From Escherichia phage P1, in the sequence record X15639.1: a stretch of DNA of 3,703 nt, one strand, 5' to 3'. Positions 1-3,703 of this stretch are shown here, one piece after another. The notes beneath the pieces are model-generated. The model had not been told where the DNA came from. It did no database searches and saw nothing but the letters and a program-made list of their open reading frames with translations. Each line of letters opens with the position of its first letter. Position 1 is the stretch's first letter. The translations under genes were made by a program, and so were the position numbers.

Positions 1-9
1 AATAAATTT
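1..9 (+). promoter_or_regulatory. Partial C1-type operator (Op51-like), truncated by the window edge
   Basis: The window opens with AATAAATTT, which equals the 3' nine bases of the 17-bp asymmetric P1 C1 operator consensus ATTGCTCTAATAAATTT (from memory). Its position upstream of the immI promoter fits, but a 9-mer AT-rich match could be chance. Confidence 0.3.
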
Positions 10-47
10 GTATTTTTAAGTCGCGAATGCTATCTTTTCGCATCATA

Positions 48-76
48 TTGACCTTTTAATCGTTCAGGCTTATAGT
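48..76 (+). promoter_or_regulatory. Sigma70-like promoter, candidate immI promoter driving c4-icd-ant
   Basis: TTGACC at 48-53 (5/6 to TTGACA), exact 17-bp spacer, TATAGT at 71-76 (5/6 to TATAAT), with an AT-rich stretch upstream. Predicted start near 83, ahead of the a1/b1 sites and c4. Confidence 0.45.
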
Positions 77-108
77 TCCACCGTCGTAGCAAATTCTGCG
101 ACCGGTTT

Positions 109-128
109 TGACAGCCTGAATGTTAGTG
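109..128 (+). promoter_or_regulatory. Upstream antisense target sites (a1/b1-like) for the c4 RNA
   Basis: TTGACAG at 109-115 and GTTAGTG at 122-128 are exact complements of CTGTCAA (246-252) and CACTAAC (233-239) in the c4 candidate. The same two motifs recur in the same order at 276-311. Confidence 0.45.
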
Positions 129-198
129 CGGACAACCGCAGATTTCCGATATTGCGGTATTTTTGTGTCCGTAAACCGCGTTACGCCCGAATTATGGT

Positions 199-270
199 GG
201 GGCGTGATGGGGAGGCTTCGGCCTGCTGGTTTCACTAACGCCAGTCTGTCAACCCTGTCACGTCCTGCCA
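199..270 (+). ncRNA. c4: c4-like antisense RNA (immI repressor RNA) with a tRNA-like acceptor end; boundaries approximate
   Basis: GGGGCGT at 199-205 can pair with ACGTCCT at 260-266 (7 bp including G-U pairs), followed by a single base and CCA at 268-270, resembling a tRNA acceptor stem, consistent with the RNase P processing reported for P1/P7 C4. Internal hairpins: AGGC-TTCG-GCCT at 213-224, and a stem 226-229/241-244 whose loop carries b' CACTAAC (233-239). a' CTGTCAA (246-252) follows. b' with flanks (228-240) is complementary over about 12-13 bp to 304-316, covering the icd Shine-Dalgarno. Confidence 0.5.
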
Positions 271-275
271 CCTGT

Positions 276-316
276 TTGACAGCGGGTAGCAGGTTGTTAA
301 ACCTGTTAGTGAGGCC
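276..316 (+). promoter_or_regulatory. Downstream antisense target sites (a2/b2-like) overlapping the icd ribosome-binding site
   Basis: TTGACAG at 276-282 (a2) and GTTAGTGAGGCC at 305-316 (b2). b2 contains the GAGG Shine-Dalgarno (311-314) located 8 nt before the ATG at 323, so c4 pairing would occlude ribosome binding. Confidence 0.5.
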
Positions 317-322
317 GTAACT

Positions 323-565
323 ATGGTTAATGCCAATCCTTGCACACGCCCAGAATTCATCTGGCGTTTCTATTCCTGTAAAAAACACCACTATCACTTC
401 GTTATCGCAGCAACTGAAGACGAAGCACGCTCTCAATTGCCTGATGGCCCTGCATTTTTACTGCCCGTTTTTCTACTAACTCGCGCAATTCACTTAGTTA
501 CTGGAACCTCCCCTTCTCTGCCGACGTTCAGGGGGGTTTATGAAAAAACCTCTCGTCACCCGTAA
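323..565 (+). CDS. icd: Icd-like small protein (80 aa), likely translationally coupled to ant
   Basis: ATG at 323 preceded by GAGG at 8-nt spacing. The ORF ends at 565, overlapping the ant start (540) by 26 nt in a different frame. Position between c4 and ant matches P1 immI order. No recognisable domain by eye; assignment is positional. Confidence 0.5.
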   Translation: MVNANPCTRPEFIWRFYSCKKHHYHFVIAATEDEARSQLPDGPAFLLPVFLLTRAIHLVTGTSPSLPTFRGVYEKTSRHP

Positions 566-1508
566 TGAAATAGCCGAAGCGATCGCTTTGCATACTGCCT
601 GTATGCCGACACGGGAGATCCCCGGCGCAATTGCTAACTATTTCATGATAACCAGGCGTTTTTATACCCGAACAGATAAGGCTGTGATCAACAGGCTACT
701 GATAGCCGAGATCAGGGATTATTTGATTGAACAAGGACGTCTACGTTACGCAACAGTGGCAGCAGAAATAAGAAAGGAGGCACATAGAATGACCGGTAAT
801 AATTTGAATGTTGAAAAAACAGCACCTGTTACGTCAGCTACGCCAGCACCAGCCGTGAATATCATCCCCAACACCGGAGACACAATCGACAGCCAAACAT
901 TGTTGAAGATGGTCAATGAGGCACGCAAGTTATGTGGAGAACCAGAGGTTAGAAACAATAAATTCATCGAAAAAATACTCGATGAACTTGAAGGTGAATT
1001 TTACACAAAAAGTGCAAAATCCCATGGCACAAGGGCTGGGCGCTCTTTTGAGGTCATCACCATGACCTACAAACAAGCCCTGCGAGTCGCCGCGCGCGAG
1101 TCAAAAGCGGTCCGCCGTTCGCTGATCGACAAACTGGAAGAATTGCAGCAGGCAAACTCCCCTGCCCCATCGATCCCCCAAACATTACCAGAAGCTCTAC
1201 GCCTGGCTGCCGAGTTGGCAGAACAGAAAATGCAGCTGGAACAACAGCTGGTGGCCGCAGCCCCTAAAGTAGATTTTGCCGACCGGGTATCAGTGGCTAA
1301 TGGAATCCTGATCGGGAACTTTGCAAAGGTCGTTGGACTTAAGCAAAACGCCCTTTTCTCATGGTTGCGCCAGAACGGCATTCTCATGGCTTTTGGTGCG
1401 CGCAAAAACGTACCGCGCCAACAGTACATCAACGCCGGGTATTTCACGGTGAAAGAAGTGGTGCTGGATGATGAAAATGGCTACCAGATACGGCTGACGC
1501 CCAATTAA
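540..1508 (+). CDS. ant: Antirepressor Ant1 (322 aa): N-terminal extension, Rha/AntA-like domain, ANT/KilAC C-terminal domain; C-terminus looks truncated by a frameshift
   Basis: ATG at 540 preceded by a G-run (531-536). Central region (around residues 115-200) resembles Rha/AntA-type phage regulatory domains. The C-terminal 111 aa (DNA 1173-1505) align at roughly 65% identity with the C-terminus of the downstream KilA-like protein. Pro/Ala/Thr-rich linkers separate the modules. Confidence 0.85.
   Translation: MKKPLVTRNEIAEAIALHTACMPTREIPGAIANYFMITRRFYTRTDKAVINRLLIAEIRDYLIEQGRLRYATVAAEIRKEAHRMTGNNLNVEKTAPVTSATPAPAVNIIPNTGDTIDSQTLLKMVNEARKLCGEPEVRNNKFIEKILDELEGEFYTKSAKSHGTRAGRSFEVITMTYKQALRVAARESKAVRRSLIDKLEELQQANSPAPSIPQTLPEALRLAAELAEQKMQLEQQLVAAAPKVDFADRVSVANGILIGNFAKVVGLKQNALFSWLRQNGILMAFGARKNVPRQQYINAGYFTVKEVVLDDENGYQIRLTPN
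789..1508 (+). CDS. ant: Ant2, in-frame internal initiation product of ant (239 aa as encoded)
   Basis: Perfect AAGGAGG at 774-780, 8 nt upstream of an in-frame ATG at 789. The product length (about 263 aa if the C-terminal frameshift is repaired) is close to the 266-aa KilA paralog. P1 ant is known to give nested Ant1/Ant2 products. Confidence 0.5.
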   Translation: MTGNNLNVEKTAPVTSATPAPAVNIIPNTGDTIDSQTLLKMVNEARKLCGEPEVRNNKFIEKILDELEGEFYTKSAKSHGTRAGRSFEVITMTYKQALRVAARESKAVRRSLIDKLEELQQANSPAPSIPQTLPEALRLAAELAEQKMQLEQQLVAAAPKVDFADRVSVANGILIGNFAKVVGLKQNALFSWLRQNGILMAFGARKNVPRQQYINAGYFTVKEVVLDDENGYQIRLTPN

Positions 1509-1594
1509 CGGGTAAAGGCCAGCAGTGGTTAACTCGCAAGCTACTTGATGCTGGTTTGTTAAAACCAGTAGCAATAGGTTAACAAAAGAAAAAA

Positions 1595-1620
1595 ACCTGC
1601 CAGCAAACTGGCAGGTTTCT
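1595..1620 (+). terminator. Rho-independent terminator downstream of ant
   Basis: Perfect 9-bp stem ACCTGCCAG (1595-1603) / CTGGCAGGT (1608-1616) with loop CAAA, followed by TTTCT. An A-run precedes the stem. Confidence 0.6.
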
Positions 1621-1660
1621 GAGCAGATCGTCCAACCCGATCTGGATCGGGTCAGAAAAA

Positions 1661-1677
1661 TTTGCTCTAATAAATTT
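1661..1677 (+). promoter_or_regulatory. C1 repressor operator-like site (Op53-like) upstream of kilA-repL
   Basis: TTTGCTCTAATAAATTT matches the C1 operator consensus ATTGCTCTAATAAATTT at 16 of 17 positions (consensus from memory), 70 bp upstream of the kilA ATG. TTGCTC within it could serve as the -35 of an overlapping promoter, but no convincing -10 was found. Confidence 0.55.
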
Positions 1678-1695
1678 CGTTTTCTAAGTGCAAAG

Positions 1696-1719
1696 AATCA
1701 CCATTTCGAGCTGGTGATT
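1696..1719. promoter_or_regulatory. Perfect 8-bp inverted repeat with 8-bp spacer in the kilA leader
   Basis: AATCACCA (1696-1703) and TGGTGATT (1712-1719), located between the Op53-like site and the kilA Shine-Dalgarno. Could be a protein-binding palindrome or a leader RNA hairpin. Confidence 0.3.
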
Positions 1720-1746
1720 GAAGGTTGATGCAAATTTGGAGAAAAA

Positions 1747-2547
1747 ATGCAACAAACATTCAATGCGGATATGAATATATCAAACCTTCATCAAAATGTC
1801 GATCCTTCAACCACTCTGCCCGTTATTTGTGGTGTTGAAATTACGACCGACCGCGCTGGCCGTTACAACCTTAATGCTCTACACAGAGCGAGCGGACTCG
1901 GTGCCCATAAAGCGCCAGCTCAATGGCTAAGAACGCTGTCAGCTAAACAGCTCATCGAAGAGCTTGAAAAAGAAACTATGCAGAATTGCATAGTTTCGTT
2001 CGAAGGCCGTGGCGGCGGCACTTTTGCCCATGAATTGCTCGCTGTGGAGTACGCAGGCTGGATTTCTCCCGCGTTTCGGCTGAAGGTAAACCAGACATTT
2101 ATCGACTATCGAACCGGAAGATTACAACCTGCTATTCCGCAGAGTCTCCCTGAAGCTCTCCGTTTGGCTGCCGACCTGGCAGAGCAAAAGCAACGGCTGG
2201 AGCAAAAAATGCTTATGGATGCACCTAAAGTCGAATTCGCTGAACGCGTTGCTACCGCCAGCGGGGTTCTAATCGGCAACTATGCCAAAGTGCTCGGCCT
2301 GGGCCAAAACTATCTCTTCACCTGGTTGCGTGATAACGGAATTCTGATCGCAACCGGTGAACGCAGGAACGTCCCCAAACAAGAATACATATCTCGTGGG
2401 TATTTCACCCTTAAAGAAACCGTGATCGATACAAGCAATGGAAGCAGGATTTCTTTCACGACTCGTATAACCGGCAAAGGTCAGCAGTGGCTGATGAAGC
2501 GATTGCTTGATGCTGGTGTGCTGGTACCTGTCGCGGCAACGCGCTAA
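1747..2547 (+). CDS. kilA: KilA-like protein (266 aa): KilA-N DNA-binding domain plus KilA-C/ANT C-terminal domain
   Basis: GGAG at 1738-1741, 5 nt before the ATG. Residues around 25-125 carry KilA-N hallmarks (YNLNALHRASG, PAQWLR, GRGGGTFAHELLAVEYAGWISPAFRLKV). The C-terminal 137 aa (DNA 2134-2544) is paralogous to the Ant C-terminus. Architecture matches phage P1 KilA. Confidence 0.88.
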   Translation: MQQTFNADMNISNLHQNVDPSTTLPVICGVEITTDRAGRYNLNALHRASGLGAHKAPAQWLRTLSAKQLIEELEKETMQNCIVSFEGRGGGTFAHELLAVEYAGWISPAFRLKVNQTFIDYRTGRLQPAIPQSLPEALRLAADLAEQKQRLEQKMLMDAPKVEFAERVATASGVLIGNYAKVLGLGQNYLFTWLRDNGILIATGERRNVPKQEYISRGYFTLKETVIDTSNGSRISFTTRITGKGQQWLMKRLLDAGVLVPVAATR

Positions 2548-2576
2548 CAGACGTAGTAAGAACCACCAGCATTGTA

Positions 2577-3422
2577 ATGCTGGCTAAAGTCACTTTCCTG
2601 AGCTGTATAACGATGAGCGATTTTACTTTTTCTGGCTATGAATTGGCCTGCTTTGTAACACACTCCGGTCTATCCCGTAGCGCCGGGCATATCCTGTCGC
2701 AATGTGCAAATCTCGCGGCAACAACCAGTGAATACTTCATTCACAAGCCTCACCGCCTGATCGCGGCAGAAACTGGTTATAGCCAATCAACCGTCGTTCG
2801 TGCATTCCGTGAAGCTGTAAACAAAGGAATTCTGTCTGTAGAGATTGTTATCGGCGATCACCGTGAACGTCGCGCTAACCTGTACCGGTTTACACCATCC
2901 TTTTTGGCCTTCGCACAACAAGCCAAAAATGCGCTGATAGAAAGCAAATTAAAGATCTCTTCAGCGGCAACCAAGGTTAAAGCTGTTCTCGCTAAGACAT
3001 TGGCTTTATTTAATTTTTTATCCACACCCCCATGTCAAAATGATACCCCCTCCCCCTGTCAGGATGACGTGGCAATAAAGAATAAGAAGTCACAAGTTAA
3101 AAAAACAAAAAGATCAGTTTCCGGCGGTGCCGGAACAACCAGCCTCAAAAAATTGACTTCATGGATCGCTAAGGCAAAAGCAAAGGCTGACAATCTGCGG
3201 TTATCCAAAAAACGCACTCAAAAACATGAGTTCAAGCAGAAAGTAGAGGCGGCTGCGCGGAAATATGCTTACCTGAAGAACAAGCGTTCGCCTGATATTG
3301 GCGGGATATCAAACTTCGATAACCTACCGCATTGCATGACGGTAAACGAAGCTCTTAATGCGGTTTTAGCCAAAAATAAAGATAACGAACAATGGGGTAT
3401 ACCGGCAGGATTCAGAGGGTAA
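2577..3422 (+). CDS. repL: RepL-like lytic replication protein (281 aa); alternative start at 2613 (269 aa)
   Basis: Long ORF directly after kilA, as in the P1 kilA-repL operon. Winged-helix-like segment (AAETGYSQSTVVRAFREAVNKGIL) and a Lys-rich basic C-terminal tail. No clear Shine-Dalgarno before either candidate ATG. Assignment rests on context and size, not on recognised sequence motifs. Confidence 0.7.
   Translation: MLAKVTFLSCITMSDFTFSGYELACFVTHSGLSRSAGHILSQCANLAATTSEYFIHKPHRLIAAETGYSQSTVVRAFREAVNKGILSVEIVIGDHRERRANLYRFTPSFLAFAQQAKNALIESKLKISSAATKVKAVLAKTLALFNFLSTPPCQNDTPSPCQDDVAIKNKKSQVKKTKRSVSGGAGTTSLKKLTSWIAKAKAKADNLRLSKKRTQKHEFKQKVEAAARKYAYLKNKRSPDIGGISNFDNLPHCMTVNEALNAVLAKNKDNEQWGIPAGFRG
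3001..3070. other. Candidate origin (oriL-like) inside repL: AT-rich tract, perfect DnaA box, imperfect direct repeats
   Basis: AT-rich stretch at 3004-3020. TTATCCACA at 3018-3026 is a perfect DnaA-box 9-mer. Imperfect direct repeats CCCCCATGTCAAAATGAT (3027-3044) and CCCCCTGTCAGGATGAC (3052-3068). The P1 lytic origin is reported to lie within repL (from memory). Confidence 0.35.
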
Positions 3423-3424
3423 TG

Positions 3425-3441
3425 AATTGCTCTAATTATAA
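3425..3441 (+). promoter_or_regulatory. Weak C1 operator-like site just after the repL stop
   Basis: ATTGCTCTAATTATAAC: the first 11 bases match the consensus left part ATTGCTCTAAT exactly, and the right part diverges (about 12 of 17 overall). Confidence 0.25.
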
Positions 3442-3464
3442 CCATGCATACTTTCAACACCTCT

Positions 3465-3509
3465 AGTTTGCCATGAGGCAAACTCATAGGTGTCCTGGTA
3501 AGAGGACAC
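3465..3509 (+). other. Two tandem perfect stem-loops downstream of repL, possible terminator or RNA processing structure
   Basis: AGTTTGCC (3465-3472) / GGCAAACT (3477-3484) with loop ATGA; GTGTCCT (3490-3496) / AGGACAC (3503-3509) with loop GGTAAG. No U-tract follows, so not a canonical intrinsic terminator. Confidence 0.3.
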
Positions 3510-3703
3510 TGTTGCCAAAACTGGACGCCCCATTATTGCAATTAATAAACAACTAACGGACAATTCTACCTAACAATAAGTGGAGTTAACATGTTGAACC
3601 GAAGAACATTTAATGTATTCTGCGATGAATCCTGTCACCTACTAAATAATTATATAATAAGGTCATGGTATTAAATACGCTTTAATATTCCGGTCTGACT
3701 CTT

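Noticed and set aside
272-282. LexA-box-like CTGT...ACAG inverted repeat
   Set aside because: The spacing is 3 nt rather than the 8 nt of an SOS box, and the motif is fully explained as the a2 antisense target.
120-320. 66-aa ORF on the + strand
   Set aside because: No Shine-Dalgarno, and it spans the c4 RNA and its target sites. The open frame is more likely incidental to the GC-rich structured RNA.
56-436. 126-aa ORF on the minus strand
   Set aside because: It starts with TTG, has no clear ribosome-binding site, has an odd Cys/Arg-rich composition, and lies antisense to the promoter, c4 and icd region, which is better explained by RNA structure and + strand signals.
746-1574. Three minus-strand ORFs (746-967, 1067-1447, 1359-1574) inside ant
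   Set aside because: They lie antisense within a well-supported + strand gene, are low-complexity (Ala/Ser/Cys/Arg-rich) and have no translation signals. They look like shadow ORFs.
3027-3068. Short direct repeats as a possible CRISPR or tandem-repeat array
   Set aside because: There are only two imperfect copies, both inside a coding region, with no spacer-repeat periodicity. They are better read as iteron-like or slippage-derived sequence at a candidate origin.
2577-3422. Alternative reading of the 281-aa protein as a UPF0380 (YafZ/YfjQ-type) protein of E. coli cryptic P4-like prophage islands
   Set aside because: This was considered because of its size and DNA-binding character, but the flanking C1-operator-like sites, the kilA gene directly upstream and the DnaA box inside the gene fit a P1-type RepL better. 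It remains unverified without a homology search.
3269-3487. 72-aa ORF on the minus strand across the repL 3' end
   Set aside because: Antisense shadow of repL running into the hairpin region, with no ribosome-binding site.

Overview
This 3.7-kb window reads as the immunity-I (immI) region plus the lytic replicon of a P1-family temperate phage or phage-plasmid, all on the + strand. All family assignments below are from motif and architecture recognition by eye, with no database search, and the C1 operator consensus is quoted from memory. In order: a partial C1-type operator at the window edge; a sigma70-like promoter; a c4-like antisense RNA flanked by its upstream (a1/b1) and downstream (a2/b2) target sites, the downstream one covering the icd ribosome-binding site; a small icd-like ORF overlapping the start of ant; ant itself, with an in-frame internal start (Ant1/Ant2) and an apparent C-terminal frameshift; a rho-independent terminator; a C1-operator-like site (Op53-like); kilA; and a repL-like gene containing a candidate internal origin (oriL-like). 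This is a known system type rather than a new one, but several local details deserve a second look: the ant frameshift, the a'/b' specificity of c4, the candidate origin inside repL, and a cluster of GATC sites ahead of the kilA operator.
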